Below, one piece after another: positions 12,242-23,866 of a DNA stretch of 64,000 bases (position 1 is the first letter of the stretch; every line of letters starts with the position of its first letter). The stretch lies in the IMG/VR virus record IMGVR_UViG_3300028805_000102. One strand, written 5' to 3'. Both the position numbers and the translations under genes were made by a program. Below the pieces are notes generated by a model. It saw only the letters and a list, made by a program, of their open reading frames with translations, did no database searches and was not told the DNA's origin. This DNA is from an uncultured virus (IMG/VR IMGVR_UViG_3300028805_000102). Its lineage: Duplodnaviria; Heunggongvirae; Uroviricota; Caudoviricetes.

Positions 12242-12529
12242 CAAAATATTTCACATTGTTGTTTTTTAATTAAAATTAAAATTAAGATTAAATGTATCAG
12301 CTTTCATCAGATCAAAAGGCTTTTTATTATTCAAACGATAAAAAGATTCAAATTGATATAGCAATAGCAAATAAGCTGTTGCTAAAATATCCTTATTTGA
12401 ATGTCGAACCTATAAAATTTTCTTTTGGAAGAAAAGATCCTGAAGAAGTATGTATTGTACGTCAGAATGGAGGTTACGTATCCTATTCCATAGATAAAGA
12501 AGTTTCAGAAATCATCAATAATAATTAGT

Positions 12530-13357
12530 ATGGTTGGATCTGTAGAAATAGTAGATAATACAAAATCTCCAATAGGATACCTTATGGAAATTCCAAATTT
12601 TGCAAATGGAATGAAGTATGAGTTCAAACCTGGAGTCAATATTATTATTGGTGAAAATGGATGTGGTAAGACAACTTTATTAAGCCTTATAAGAAGTTAT
12701 CTTATGGTTGATATTCGTACAGTAGGTACAGGAATGTTTAACAACGCTTTACATAAAGCTCATCATAATTTTGGAGATAATAGTGATAATGAAGCATTTA
12801 GTGAATCATTCAGTGACGGAGTTATTGTGAAATCTGACTATTATAGGCAAACATTCAACTATATACGTGATAATGAAATATCAAGCAATGACATAAATGA
12901 AAATTCGCATATATCTGTCGGAGAATGCCTTAACTCAAGATTTTTGTCAAGCGGACAAAGTAATTCATCATCACTTGGAGAACTTTTTAACATGGCATTT
13001 TCATTAAAACCTGAGCAGCTTGTTGTAAATTATGAAAAAATTTTTAAGAAATATAATTACAACAATAGAATAAAATACATTAAAGAAAATAAGATTAAAG
13101 GAGATGAATTTACATTTTTAATTGATGAACCTGATTCATCTCTCGATATTGAAAATATAAAAATGCTTTATGACATATTCAGCTTTCACAAGGAACAAAC
13201 ACAAATAATCGCTGTGTTACATAATCCGTTGCTTATAGCATCCTTATCACAGGTTGAATGTGTCAATGTTATTGAAATGACAGATGGTTATCTAAATAAA
13301 ATTAAAAAATCAATTAATTCATTATTAAAATTACCAAAAGCATATAAGCTTAATTAA
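12530..13357 (+). CDS. ABC/AAA-type ATPase
   Basis: Walker A GENGCGKTT, signature-like LSSGQ, Walker B LIDEPD, H-loop HNP. Confidence 0.85.
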   Translation: MVGSVEIVDNTKSPIGYLMEIPNFANGMKYEFKPGVNIIIGENGCGKTTLLSLIRSYLMVDIRTVGTGMFNNALHKAHHNFGDNSDNEAFSESFSDGVIVKSDYYRQTFNYIRDNEISSNDINENSHISVGECLNSRFLSSGQSNSSSLGELFNMAFSLKPEQLVVNYEKIFKKYNYNNRIKYIKENKIKGDEFTFLIDEPDSSLDIENIKMLYDIFSFHKEQTQIIAVLHNPLLIASLSQVECVNVIEMTDGYLNKIKKSINSLLKLPKAYKLN

Positions 13358-13368
13358 AACTTAAAATT

Positions 13369-14349
13369 ATGAAAAACAAAAAATCAGAAAAATCACCAAT
13401 GCTTTTATGGGCTGAAAGAGAATGTAAAATAGCTTGTAAAAGAGAAAATCCTGATCATAAATTCCTTGGCAGGCAGTTTGATTATGGTTGTGCCTGTTAT
13501 GAAGCAGCTTATAAAGTTTATAAGTTAATGGATAAAATGGGTCATTCAGGTGCTTCTTGGTCCATAACAACAAATATTATAAATGACTTGCTTAAAGGCA
13601 GGCCTTTGTCTCCAATTACAGATAAAGACTTTGAAGAATTTAAACATATAGATAGCTTAAGTGACAGCATACAATGTTCCAGATATTCGTCATTGTTTAA
13701 AAGAACTGACGAAAATGGAAACGTTTCATACAAGGATATTGACAGGGTATATTATATAGATATTGAAGAACCAAGTAATACTTGGAGCGGAAGCACTAAA
13801 GTAGTTGATGAACTGTTTCCTATAGCTTTACCATACATGCCTCCAAAAACTCCATATAAGATTTATGTAAAAAAATTTTTATGCGATAAGAAAAATGGTG
13901 ACTGGGACACAACAGGAATTTACTATATAATTACTCCTGAAGGTGAAAGAGTAGATGTCAATAAATTTATGACTGTAAAAGACAGCAAAGATGTTGAAAT
14001 TACAAAAGAAGAATTTGAAAGCCTTTTAGAGACAAAAAGAATAGACAAACTTCATAATAAAATTTCAGAACACTTGATTTGGACTTTATTATATAATTCT
14101 TCAAATGATGAAGAATCTGCAAGACGTTTGGAAAAATGGAATAATTTGCCTAACGAAACAAAAAAGGACTTTACTGACAAACTTAACAAACTATGTATGT
14201 TTTTTGAAGAAGAAGAAAATTTCAAATATAACACTTTCTCTATGCATCAAGCTTTATGTACAGGAAAATATGAAAGCTATAAAATGTGTCGAGAACTTGT
14301 TGAAATTGCTGACTTATTAAAAAACATTTTACATACTATATCATGGTAA
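13369..14349 (+). CDS. hypothetical phage protein
   Basis: 326-aa ORF; GHSGAS and PLSPITD motifs. Confidence 0.75.
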   Translation: MKNKKSEKSPMLLWAERECKIACKRENPDHKFLGRQFDYGCACYEAAYKVYKLMDKMGHSGASWSITTNIINDLLKGRPLSPITDKDFEEFKHIDSLSDSIQCSRYSSLFKRTDENGNVSYKDIDRVYYIDIEEPSNTWSGSTKVVDELFPIALPYMPPKTPYKIYVKKFLCDKKNGDWDTTGIYYIITPEGERVDVNKFMTVKDSKDVEITKEEFESLLETKRIDKLHNKISEHLIWTLLYNSSNDEESARRLEKWNNLPNETKKDFTDKLNKLCMFFEEEENFKYNTFSMHQALCTGKYESYKMCRELVEIADLLKNILHTISW

Positions 14350-14588
14350 GTTGTGGAATAGTATTAAAAAATTCAGAAGGAAAATATCTTTTCGTTCAAG
14401 CGACTGGGAATAACCGAGACCGATGTTTCGGTGTTCCAAAAGGGCTTGTAAATGAGGATGAAGATTTTGAAACTTGTGCAAGACGTGAGTTTTTTGAAGA
14501 AACAAATAATAAAATAGAAGGACCTATTACGCTTATATATGACGAAGATCCTTCAAATGAACATATTCTTTCAAAAACTAAAAAGTAT
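14343..14588 (+). pseudogene. NUDIX hydrolase, 5' part (interrupted by IS607)
   Basis: Nudix box GLVNEDEDFETCARREFFEETN; the homologous reading stops at the IS left end. Confidence 0.85.
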
Positions 14589-14670
14589 AATTACAAAATA
14601 ACATAAATATATAAAAATATGAAAAAATATTTAAAATTATAAATATATAATAAAAAACAACAAATACTCT

Positions 14671-15225
14671 ATGAAATTATCAACTTATGCTAAAAAACTT
14701 GGAGTTTGTTATAGAACTGCGTGGAATTGGTTTAATGAAGGTAAAATTGATGGCGCATATCAATTACCGTCTGGTACAGTTATAGTACCTGATAGTGTTA
14801 AGAATGAATATGGAGTGATATTGTATGCAAGAACGAGTTCATCACAAAATAAAGATTTACTTGAGAATCAAGCAAAGAGACTTGAATCTTATGCAATAGC
14901 AAAGGGCTATAAAATAAAAAAGATAGTAAAGGAATTCGGTTCGGGATTAAATGATGAAAGAAAACAATTAACAAAAATTTTGCAAGAGAATCAATATGAC
15001 AAAATTATAGTTGAACATAAAGATAGATTGACAAGATTTGGATTTAATTGGATACAGCTTCTTACAGGAAACAGAATTGAAGTTATAAATGAAGCAAAAG
15101 AAAAAGATGAAGATATCACAAGAGATTTAATATCCATAATTCATTGTTTCTCCGCAAGAATTTATGGTTTGCGTAGAAGCCAAAGAATTAAAACAAAAGT
15201 AGAAGAGGTATTAAAAGAGGAATAG
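14671..15225 (+). CDS. tnpA: IS607 transposase (MerR-like HTH + serine recombinase)
   Basis: N-terminal HTH ([15 protein letters not shown]), [34 protein letters not shown]. Confidence 0.93.
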   Translation: MKLSTYAKKLGVCYRTAWNWFNEGKIDGAYQLPSGTVIVPDSVKNEYGVILYARTSSSQNKDLLENQAKRLESYAIAKGYKIKKIVKEFGSGLNDERKQLTKILQENQYDKIIVEHKDRLTRFGFNWIQLLTGNRIEVINEAKEKDEDITRDLISIIHCFSARIYGLRRSQRIKTKVEEVLKEE

Positions 15226-15227
15226 TT

Positions 15228-16460
15228 ATGTTAAAAGGAATCCAAATACGATTATACCCAAATGATGAGCAAATGCATTATATTGCTTGTCTTCTTGGAT
15301 GCTGCCGTAAAACGTACAACATGTGTTTGAATTATAAAAAGACTTCTTATGAAAAAGATAAAACAAATATTTCATGGATTGATTTAGGTAAATATCTAAC
15401 TGAAAAGAAAAATGAATTTGCTTACATGAAAGATGTTCATAGTAAAGTATTACAACAATCAATTATTGACCTTAATACCGCATTTAACAACTTTTTCAGA
15501 GGAATTTTGAAAGGACAAAACATAGGTTATCCTGAATTTAAATCAAAATCTAATCATAATGATTCATGTAGATTTCCAAAAGATGCTTTTATCGGAATTA
15601 ACGGTAATAGAATTTCATTAATCAAACCATTATCAAATATTCATTTTAAATGTTCAAGAAGGGACGAATCCTGGCTTAATCACAATCAGGATAAAATAAA
15701 ATATGTTACTTTAAGAAGAAATAAAGCCAATCAAATATATTGTTCCATACTTGTTGATTATCCAATTGAATTGGTTTCTAATAATATAAACGGTGAAGTA
15801 GGAATCGATTTAGGTTTAAAAGATTTTTGTATAACATCAGATACTGAAAAATATAATTTAGATGATTGTTCTCATCTTGAAAAGAAGTTGAAGAAGCAAC
15901 AAAGAAAATTCTCAAAAACAGCAAACGGAAGTAAACGTCACGAAAAACAGCGAATACGAGTTGCTAAAACTTATCAGAAAATATCAAACAAAAGAAAATA
16001 TAATCATCAAGTAATATCTTCAAAACTTGTGAAAGAAAATTCAGTGATTTCAATAGAAGATTTAAATGTTTCAGGCATGCTTAAAAACCACAAGCTTGCA
16101 AAAAACATACAATCTAAAGGTTGGAGTCAATTTGTTAATATGCTTGAATACAAATCAAATTGGTATGGTTCAAATCTTGTAAAAATAAGTAGATGGTTTC
16201 CGTCAAGCAAGACCTGCTCTTCTTGCGGTTGGATTTATAAAGATTTAAATTTATCTATACGAGAATGGACATGCCCTTGTTGTGGAACACATCATGACAG
16301 AGACATCAATGCAGCAATTAACATTTTATCTGAAGGAAAAAGAATAATAGGCTTGAGTTCAGCCGAATTTACGCACGGGGAGTACCCAACTATGGATGAC
16401 CGTCACATTGACCTAAAAAGTAGTGGTACGTTGAATCGTGAACAGAATGTAAAACCATAA
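15228..16460 (+). CDS. tnpB: RNA-guided endonuclease TnpB
   Basis: RuvC GIDLG, IEDL and DRDINAA motifs; zinc ribbon CSSCG...CPCCG. Confidence 0.93.
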   Translation: MLKGIQIRLYPNDEQMHYIACLLGCCRKTYNMCLNYKKTSYEKDKTNISWIDLGKYLTEKKNEFAYMKDVHSKVLQQSIIDLNTAFNNFFRGILKGQNIGYPEFKSKSNHNDSCRFPKDAFIGINGNRISLIKPLSNIHFKCSRRDESWLNHNQDKIKYVTLRRNKANQIYCSILVDYPIELVSNNINGEVGIDLGLKDFCITSDTEKYNLDDCSHLEKKLKKQQRKFSKTANGSKRHEKQRIRVAKTYQKISNKRKYNHQVISSKLVKENSVISIEDLNVSGMLKNHKLAKNIQSKGWSQFVNMLEYKSNWYGSNLVKISRWFPSSKTCSSCGWIYKDLNLSIREWTCPCCGTHHDRDINAAINILSEGKRIIGLSSAEFTHGEYPTMDDRHIDLKSSGTLNREQNVKP

Positions 16461-16515
16461 AAATTATATAATTTTCTATGATTTACAGAACTATCTTAAA
16501 ATTTTTCTTGCAGAA
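16345..16515 (+). ncRNA. probable TnpB omega RNA (scaffold overlapping the tnpB 3' end, guide from the right flank)
   Basis: GC-richer structured stretch (GGCTTGAGTTCAGCC...) at the tnpB 3' end and IS right end, the established location for omegaRNAs; boundaries approximate. Confidence 0.6.
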
Positions 16516-16707
16516 GGTGAATTTGATTTTAGTATTTTCAAGTCAAATACTTGTATCGTAAACATAAACGGTAAGGATGTTGAAATACCGGAAGTCTGTA
16601 ATCCAACTTTCTTTACATTGGAAGAGATTGAAAATAAGTGTTTCTTTTCTCAGATTAAATTAATTGAAACTCTTAAAAACTTGGAAACTAAGTCATTAAA
16701 AAAATAA
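16495..16707 (+). pseudogene. NUDIX hydrolase, 3' part
   Basis: Reads LKIFLAEGEFDFSIFKSNT...EIPEV...* with no start codon, in frame with the 5' part after IS removal. Confidence 0.8.
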
Positions 16708-16726
16708 TTTGAAATTTTTTCAAATT

Positions 16727-16770
16727 TTTGATCCTACTTTCAAAAATCTGTATTATATTTACCTCAACAA
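16727..16770 (+). promoter_or_regulatory. class-1 repeated promoter motif TTTGATCCWACTTT-N13-TATATTTAC
   Basis: One of six near-identical intergenic copies (16727, 31501, 35024, 36147, 58076, 62783). Confidence 0.75.
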
Positions 16771-16793
16771 ATTAACATTAAAATTAAACAGAT

Positions 16794-16973
16794 ATGGAGA
16801 AAGATATTGAATCAATAATTGGCTGGTTTGAACAGATAGCACAAATCGCCAGAGACAGAAAAACTAATGATGGTACTGTAATGAGTAGAAAACAGGCACT
16901 TGATGCTATTGAGTCAATTGCACTGGATGCCTCATATTTTGTGAAGAAATATGTAAACAAGGTTGAGATGTAG
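16794..16973 (+). CDS. small hypothetical protein (59 aa, below the ORF-track cutoff)
   Basis: MEKDIESIIGWFEQ...VEM*, first ORF after the class-1 promoter. Confidence 0.65.
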   Translation: MEKDIESIIGWFEQIAQIARDRKTNDGTVMSRKQALDAIESIALDASYFVKKYVNKVEM

Positions 16974-17989
16974 ACTTGTGCTAGAATCAAGAATAGTGCT
17001 TTATTCATTATTATTCAATTATATTAAAATTAAAGATTATGGAAACACATCGAATGTTTTGGTTCTTTACAGGTAAGGATAACAAAAAACTCACTGAAAT
17101 TGAAACAATCTCCGTTAAAAACGAGTATCTAAACGGATTGATACAACCTGTTTGTGAAATGACACTTAAAGATGGTACTAAAATTTGTGCTGAACTTTAT
17201 TCAGTACAAAAGATAATCGTCAAAGAGTATGGATATGATGATAAAATCATTCTTACCTTTGAGTCATACACACCAAACTTTGACGAACTGAAACAAGAAC
17301 TACGATTGGTCTAACAACTTAAAACAAATTAAGATTATGGAAACAGTAAGCAGTAAGGTTATACAGGATGGTATGTGTGAATATAGGCTTGCATCTGTAT
17401 TATGGGAAGTCGGACTTGACGAAAGGCATTTTTATAAAAGTGATAAAGAAGCTTGGGAAGACCTTAGGAAATCCCTACCTGGTAAGTATGCAACATTGTA
17501 TAAAAAGACACACATGAAAATGAAAATAAACAGTCCAAAGACACTAATACCAATATATAATAAAAAGTATTCTGAAAAACTTAAAGAAAACGCAACATTT
17601 GTTGATACAGAGGTATGGGTTCCCGTTTTGTTTGGAATAACAGATGATGAATATTCATTAGTATAAAATCATGTAATTATGAAAAACTATGCAATAGTTA
17701 TCAAGTTTAATTCCTTTGAAGAAGGTTCATATTCTGAATTTTATAAAAAATTAGAAGAACTTAAAGCCCACAGTTCATTTACTAATTCCTTTGTAGATTT
17801 GTCAGGGCTATACTTTGTACATACTGACAAATCTGCAAAGGAAATCAGGAATATGTTGTATCCTGTATTGAATAATACTACATTATCACAAGATTTATTA
17901 TTCATTTTTGAAATCGGTGATGATTTTAGTGGATATACATATTATTCAGATATTGCATGGTTGAAAGAACATAAACAAAAATTAGAATT

Positions 17990-18853
17990 ATGAAATCAAG
18001 AAAAGAAATACAAGAATGGCTTCTTAAAGAAGTTGATGACATTATTGAGAAAAAAGATGAAAATTCTATAATGTTTCAAGCTCCTGCATTAGGTAAATGT
18101 CAATGGACGCTAAAAGAATATAGGCACGCTGTAGAAACTGATACGTGTCTTGAAAATACATCTATAAATCCAATTGATGATGTAATCAGCTACGTCAAAT
18201 ATTGTAAAGAACGTTATAATGTAGATCCAACAGAACACAATTCAGAAGGATTGATGTCAGACATAGAATATACCCGTATAGTTACTAACAAAGAAAAATT
18301 TGTCATTGCTCAAACTATACGATTAAAAGACATTATTGATTATCTCGATGGTGCTCTTATATCCTGTAAATTAACAGAACAAAACCTCGACCATATTGAC
18401 AATCGATACTGTTCTAAAGAAATTAGTTACAGAATATTTAAAAAAGACGATTATTCAAAAGTATGTTTCTCAAATAAATGGTACATCGACCCAGAAAAAC
18501 CATTTTGTGAAGAATTGAAAAAAGTAACTGAATATACGTTATCTAAAAATGCCATCAGGAAATGCAATACAAAGGATGACATAATTAAAATGTACATAAA
18601 GAAGTTTTCCGGCTATTTGCATTTCAAGATTGGAATTCCTTATACATATATCAACATTCAAAAAATATTATGTGAAGAGGTGAACAGTTCTAAATTATAT
18701 TCTTCTGACAAAAGCCGTGTCTTACAAGAAGTTTATAAAGAAATATGTGATGTCACATCTCAAATAAATTCTCTTTATAATAAATTGAAAATTCTAAAAA
18801 GACGAGAACAAAAACTAGAATTTCATCAAAAGATTCATGACATATTGAAGTAA
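17990..18853 (+). CDS. hypothetical protein
   Basis: 287-aa ORF. Confidence 0.7.
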   Translation: MKSRKEIQEWLLKEVDDIIEKKDENSIMFQAPALGKCQWTLKEYRHAVETDTCLENTSINPIDDVISYVKYCKERYNVDPTEHNSEGLMSDIEYTRIVTNKEKFVIAQTIRLKDIIDYLDGALISCKLTEQNLDHIDNRYCSKEISYRIFKKDDYSKVCFSNKWYIDPEKPFCEELKKVTEYTLSKNAIRKCNTKDDIIKMYIKKFSGYLHFKIGIPYTYINIQKILCEEVNSSKLYSSDKSRVLQEVYKEICDVTSQINSLYNKLKILKRREQKLEFHQKIHDILK

Positions 18854-19978
18854 ATATGTTGTTTATTATATTAACCTAAATATTATTGCTATGTCTAAGA
18901 TTATGCCATTTATGAAAAATCTCTATGGAGAAAATAATTATCATAATCACTTTAAGTATAATAGTGAATATTGGTATGGTTTTCCTGATAATGACGAAAT
19001 AGTACTATTAACAGGTAAAAGCTTACACAAACTTAAAATTACAAATATACGTTCAGGCTGTATTTTTTATGTTCTGCCTGAATATCCTAGCATTCCTGAA
19101 AAGTTTGTATCAGCAAAAAGTCTGATGTGCGCATTTATGGTTCCATGCGTTCTTGATCCAATTAATGACACAAATATTCCAAGCTTGATAGAAAAATCAA
19201 AAAAAGATTGTCCGTTGCTTCCGATACCCAGATTTATTTTTGACGACAAGCTTACAACAATAGTAAATTGGGATAATGAAAAAGGTTGTCCTCTCAATGA
19301 AAATATCTAAATAATTACAGTTATGACATACTTAATCAAATATAAAGACAAAACAATTTTTGACATTAACTTCTATATGGCACAAGGTTCTGTCGATTCA
19401 AAACTTGTAGGATGGAATTCAGAAATCTGTTCATCTCTAAGAATAACAGGACTGATGGCATTTATCACTGACGAAATTCAAAAAACAAAAAACTTTGATG
19501 AATTTACTCATGATACTGCAATCATCAGCGACCTTAGACAGATTTTATATGAAGAAAATCAGAATGGATTTATGGATGGTGAAGAAGCAAAAGAAAGACA
19601 TTATCATAAGTTTAGGCCTGTTATCGAGAATAAAATAAAAGAGTACTGTAAAAAGTATAGTTTTCAATTATTTATTGACTGACAATGCATAAATTCAGAG
19701 TAAACCTTACAGATGTAAGAGGAGATAAAATAACTGTTGAGCTTGCTTCTGAATCAGAGCAGGATGCAAAAATTATTACTGCTCATTGCTGTAATGTTTC
19801 AGTAAAGAAGATAACAAGCATTGAATATATCGGTGAAACAAATGAAGCATATTTTAAAACTATAAGTACAGAATCTAATTAAAATTAAATTTATGGAAAG
19901 ATGTAATGAGTTTTCAAATAGTGATTTACGATCAATTAGCAAAAGACAATATAGACTTACAAATAAACTTATAAAATT

Positions 19979-20569
19979 ATGGGAACTAATAGAAAAATAG
20001 GTTATAGTACTTCTTTAGATATTACTGTATATTTTAGTTTACACTATAAAGATACAGGTGAAGAGTTCACAATTACAACGGAGGATTTTAATGGTGTTGA
20101 AGATAATAACGGAACTACTGTCATATTCTATCCTTGGGATAATGAAGGCCTGTATTTTCCTGAAGAAGAAGTACTTGAATCAGTTGAAGAAGTAAAAGCT
20201 CTTTATAAACAAGCATTGAATAAAAAAGAAAAACTTTATGATACACGAATTGTAATTCAAAGAATTCCTGATTCCAAAATATGGGATTTCTGTTCAAAGA
20301 CATCCCATGAATGGTGGCAAATGGCTATGAATATATGGAATACCTTATCAGACGAAGAACAGAAAAAATATAACCAATTTATAGGTTTCAATGACTTCAG
20401 CGACTATTTAATGAATATAATGGCTGGAGCACTTATGAGACTTCGTGATACTGGAAAACTTGATTACGAAGAAGGTTCTTTGCTTTTAGAAAAAGAACAT
20501 CATAAACCTTCTGATTTAAATATTGGAACTAGTAATAATGTATCAATGATTGGAGATGAGCAGAAGTAG
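19979..20569 (+). CDS. hypothetical protein
   Basis: 196-aa ORF. Confidence 0.7.
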   Translation: MGTNRKIGYSTSLDITVYFSLHYKDTGEEFTITTEDFNGVEDNNGTTVIFYPWDNEGLYFPEEEVLESVEEVKALYKQALNKKEKLYDTRIVIQRIPDSKIWDFCSKTSHEWWQMAMNIWNTLSDEEQKKYNQFIGFNDFSDYLMNIMAGALMRLRDTGKLDYEEGSLLLEKEHHKPSDLNIGTSNNVSMIGDEQK

Positions 20570-20975
20570 AAAGAAAATAGCCGGTACAACTTGGTGCACT
20601 TGTAAATCCAGAAAGAAAGGTAAGCAAATGTGTCATAGAAAATTTAGAAGATGTGGAAAATTCTTTAAGATGATCGAAGCAATGGATTCTTGGGATCTAG
20701 GAGGTGACGGCAAGCAGGTTGTTACTTGGGACAAGAAAAGTGAGTTATTTAAGAAATATACCAAAAAATAATTATGAAAAAATTGTTTCTTATATTAAAG
20801 AATCTATTTAAGAAAAAATCGTCTTTAAGAGAATTATGTATCGAAAAATATGGTCAGGAATTTGGAAAAATATATGACAATATGTCATCAGGTATTCCTG
20901 TTGGAGATTTTTATCAAACAACAGTATATCTTGATATGATTACACAAGTTAAAAAAGAAAATAATTTTTAAAGTT

Positions 20976-21407
20976 ATGCAAGTATTTTTACCATACAAAA
21001 GTCCGTTAAAAGTTGCTAAAGTCCTAGACAAGAAAAGACTTAATAAGCAAATTGTCGAATGTACTCAAATTATTAAGGGTATTACTGACAGTTCTTATAC
21101 TTGGTCAAAACATCCAATTGTAAAGATGTATAAAAACCATCTTAAGTTTATACAGCTTTATCAAAAAGTCTTAATATCATACAGAGACAATGCAAATTCA
21201 TTCAAACTTAAAATATTGAATTTCAGGGCATTATGCCATTTACCATCCTTTATAACAAAAACTTATGTCAACCTTATGAAGAGTCGTCTTTATACAAAGG
21301 ATGAAGATTATTATAAATGTTTTAAGGAATATGGTAAATCTTACTACAACCTATATTACATTGATAACCAATGGATAAAATATAACCAAAAATATTATAA
21401 AATATAG
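20976..21407 (+). CDS. pyrimidine-dimer DNA glycosylase / endonuclease V-like protein
   Basis: MQVFLPY...LDKKRLNKQIVE...HPIVKMY pattern. Confidence 0.75.
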   Translation: MQVFLPYKSPLKVAKVLDKKRLNKQIVECTQIIKGITDSSYTWSKHPIVKMYKNHLKFIQLYQKVLISYRDNANSFKLKILNFRALCHLPSFITKTYVNLMKSRLYTKDEDYYKCFKEYGKSYYNLYYIDNQWIKYNQKYYKI

Positions 21408-21892
21408 TTATGGATAAAAAAGACTCTAATTCGGCAAATATTTCAAATATAACATATATTTTACATTATACTAATGATTTTGGTCCTCAACAATGTTTTT
21501 ATAGAACAAGAGATGAACTAAATTCAGCAATAATGAAAGTAAAAGGAACAGATATATGGATTGAAATAAATGCAATTGTTAATGCAAGTTCACCAATAGC
21601 AAAAGTTACTGTAACGCTTGAAAATAAAAAATAATATAGATATGGAGAATAATGTTAAAAATACAAGAAAATTCAGATATATAGTGGAATTTGATAAATG
21701 TGATAATTGTCCATTCAAAAAATTTGTGGATGACGATTATTCTCCTACACATACTGAATGTGAACGAATCGATGAATATATTCAAAAATGGATTTATAGA
21801 GAAGAAACTGATTATCGCAATCCAGAAACTGGTGTGTTAGATAATTGTCCATTCTTAAAAAATAATACTATAACTGAATAAGAAAACAGAAA

Positions 21893-22387
21893 TTGACAGC
21901 TTATTATATTGTTAATATGGAAACAAATTTCAAAGAAGGAGATTGGATTGTAAGAATTGACGGTTCAGACATTGTACCAAAAGTACGTACTATGTTAGTT
22001 CGAAAGATTGATACGGATTGTGTGCACTGTGAATATGAAACGTCAACTAAATTTGTCTATGGGTACTTAATACCAAATATATCACTTAATAATTTTAGAT
22101 TATGGAATATCAATGATGCAAAAAGAGGTGATTTTCTATTGGATAAAGAAAATTTTACAGCTGTTATATTTGATGAATTATTTGAAGATTCCTTCAAGGT
22201 ATTTTGTTTAGTCATTTATGGCTGCATAGGTAGATGTAACCGGGTTCATGTGGAACACTTTAAACTTAATCCTGAAAAAGTCCGGTCATATACTCCGATA
22301 CCGGCATGGTATAACATTGTGGATTATGCTTTGGAGGATGAAGGATATAAGTGGGACAAGGATAAAAATGAATTAATAAAAATATAA
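21893..22387 (+). CDS. family B module protein (FKxGDW...LWxIxDAKxGD...GYKWD)
   Basis: Shares a module with 58697, 60747 and 61689. Confidence 0.75.
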   Translation: MTAYYIVNMETNFKEGDWIVRIDGSDIVPKVRTMLVRKIDTDCVHCEYETSTKFVYGYLIPNISLNNFRLWNINDAKRGDFLLDKENFTAVIFDELFEDSFKVFCLVIYGCIGRCNRVHVEHFKLNPEKVRSYTPIPAWYNIVDYALEDEGYKWDKDKNELIKI

Positions 22388-22391
22388 AACT

Positions 22392-23564
22392 ATGGAAAAT
22401 TACAGCAAACTATTAGAAAAAGCAAAAAAGGTATATAAAACCTGTACAACTGATGCTGAAAGAAAAGTAATTGAATCTATCTTTCCTGATGTCAAAGAGA
22501 GCGATGACGAGCGGATAAGAAAAGAACTATTGGATTACTTAGAAGAAAGAAGAGTTGTTGAAAGGCTTACAGATATAAGAGTTAAAGAAGAATGGATTGC
22601 TTGGCTTGAAAAACAAGGGGGAATAGATTTGGAACACTATGAAGATAGTGAAAATGAAAAACGGAAATTTGTAGGTTACGGATTCCTAAAATGTAAGGGT
22701 GATTTTCTTTCCTTCAAAGAGGGAAAAACATATTGGCTTGAGTATGTAGGTAAAGATAATTATAATGTGAGAAGTGATAATCTTCTTGGACAAACTTTCT
22801 ACATCAAACCTGTTGAATTATATACAGTTTTTCGTCCTACAACTTGGCTTGAAAAGCAAGGCGAGCAACAACATACAAATTCAAAAGAAGATGATACTAA
22901 TGAAGAGACAAACGCTCCAACAGAATATGGTAAATATGTAGATGAATGTCTTAATGAAGCGTCTAAACATTTCTTTTCAGACGGAGAAGATAAATATTCT
23001 GTTGCAGATTTGTTTTATGCTGGCGTAAGATGTGGGAAATCTTGGTTTGAAAAGCAAGATGATAAAGATAAACTTATTAAAGAACTTGGCGAGTATAAGG
23101 TCAAATATACACAAGAAGTTTTAGAAAATCACATGAATAATGTAAGTAATAAAGATGATGAAAGATTAAGAAAGACTACTATTGGTTTTCTTAAAGAATT
23201 TGCAGATAAAGGATATGAAAATGCGGTTGAATGTATAGATTGGCTTGAAAAACAAAAAGAACATAAATCGGTATGGAGCGAGGATGACGAAGCCATACTT
23301 AAAGCTATAATACAAGATATTCAGGAACGTCACCATGATGCAATGTGGGGAATAGATACGAGTAAAACTGCTTCTGTTTCCACAGAATTTATTATTAAAT
23401 TTCTTAAATCACTTAGCCCGCAATCACATTGGAAGCCAAGTGAAGAACAAATAAATGCTTTGGAGCATTTTGTTAGAAGTATAGGCGAAAGCGGATATGC
23501 TTCTCCTTATGACAATAATACAAAACTTGTTTATTCATTATTTAACGACCTTAAAAAACTTTGA
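22392..23564 (+). CDS. modular WLEKQ-family (family B) protein
   Basis: Four W(L/F)EKQ junction motifs, DERIRK motifs; 184-bp block shared with 4776-4959. Confidence 0.8.
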   Translation: MENYSKLLEKAKKVYKTCTTDAERKVIESIFPDVKESDDERIRKELLDYLEERRVVERLTDIRVKEEWIAWLEKQGGIDLEHYEDSENEKRKFVGYGFLKCKGDFLSFKEGKTYWLEYVGKDNYNVRSDNLLGQTFYIKPVELYTVFRPTTWLEKQGEQQHTNSKEDDTNEETNAPTEYGKYVDECLNEASKHFFSDGEDKYSVADLFYAGVRCGKSWFEKQDDKDKLIKELGEYKVKYTQEVLENHMNNVSNKDDERLRKTTIGFLKEFADKGYENAVECIDWLEKQKEHKSVWSEDDEAILKAIIQDIQERHHDAMWGIDTSKTASVSTEFIIKFLKSLSPQSHWKPSEEQINALEHFVRSIGESGYASPYDNNTKLVYSLFNDLKKL

Positions 23565-23565
23565 A

Positions 23566-23760
23566 ATGACAAATGAATGGCATAAAATATCCAATGGTGA
23601 CTTTCCACCGCATACAGATGATTATTTGGTTGTCTGTAAAAATAAAAACAAAGAAGATGGAATATATCTTTATGAAATTGCGTATTATACAGGTGATGGT
23701 TGGGACAATCGTACACATTGGGAGGATATTATCGCTTGGATGGAATTACCAAAGTATTAG
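23566..23760 (+). CDS. DUF551-like small phage protein
   Basis: W..I....P....YLV ... IIAWMELP pattern. Confidence 0.65.
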   Translation: MTNEWHKISNGDFPPHTDDYLVVCKNKNKEDGIYLYEIAYYTGDGWDNRTHWEDIIAWMELPKY

Positions 23761-23866
23761 AAATTGATAACTTCAATATGCAATATAATATTGAATGTGG
23801 AGAAGGTATACACTTCTTCAGGACTAAGAAAGATGAAAAAAACTATGGAATTTAAAAATAATTAAT

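Larger units (their letters stand above)
14589..16494 (+). mobile_element. IS607-family insertion sequence (tnpA + tnpB)
   Basis: Serine-recombinase tnpA plus tnpB; TAT at both junctions (14586-88 and 16492-94); AAATAT-like direct repeats in the left end; removing it restores the NUDIX frame. Confidence 0.9.

Noticed and set aside
14589..14670. IStron (group I intron fused to IS607)
   Set aside because: The left end is only about 80 nt of A/T sequence, with no room for an intron core.
4776..23255. DGR template/variable repeat pair
   Set aside because: Differences are mostly synonymous and not adenine-specific, and there is no reverse transcriptase in the window.
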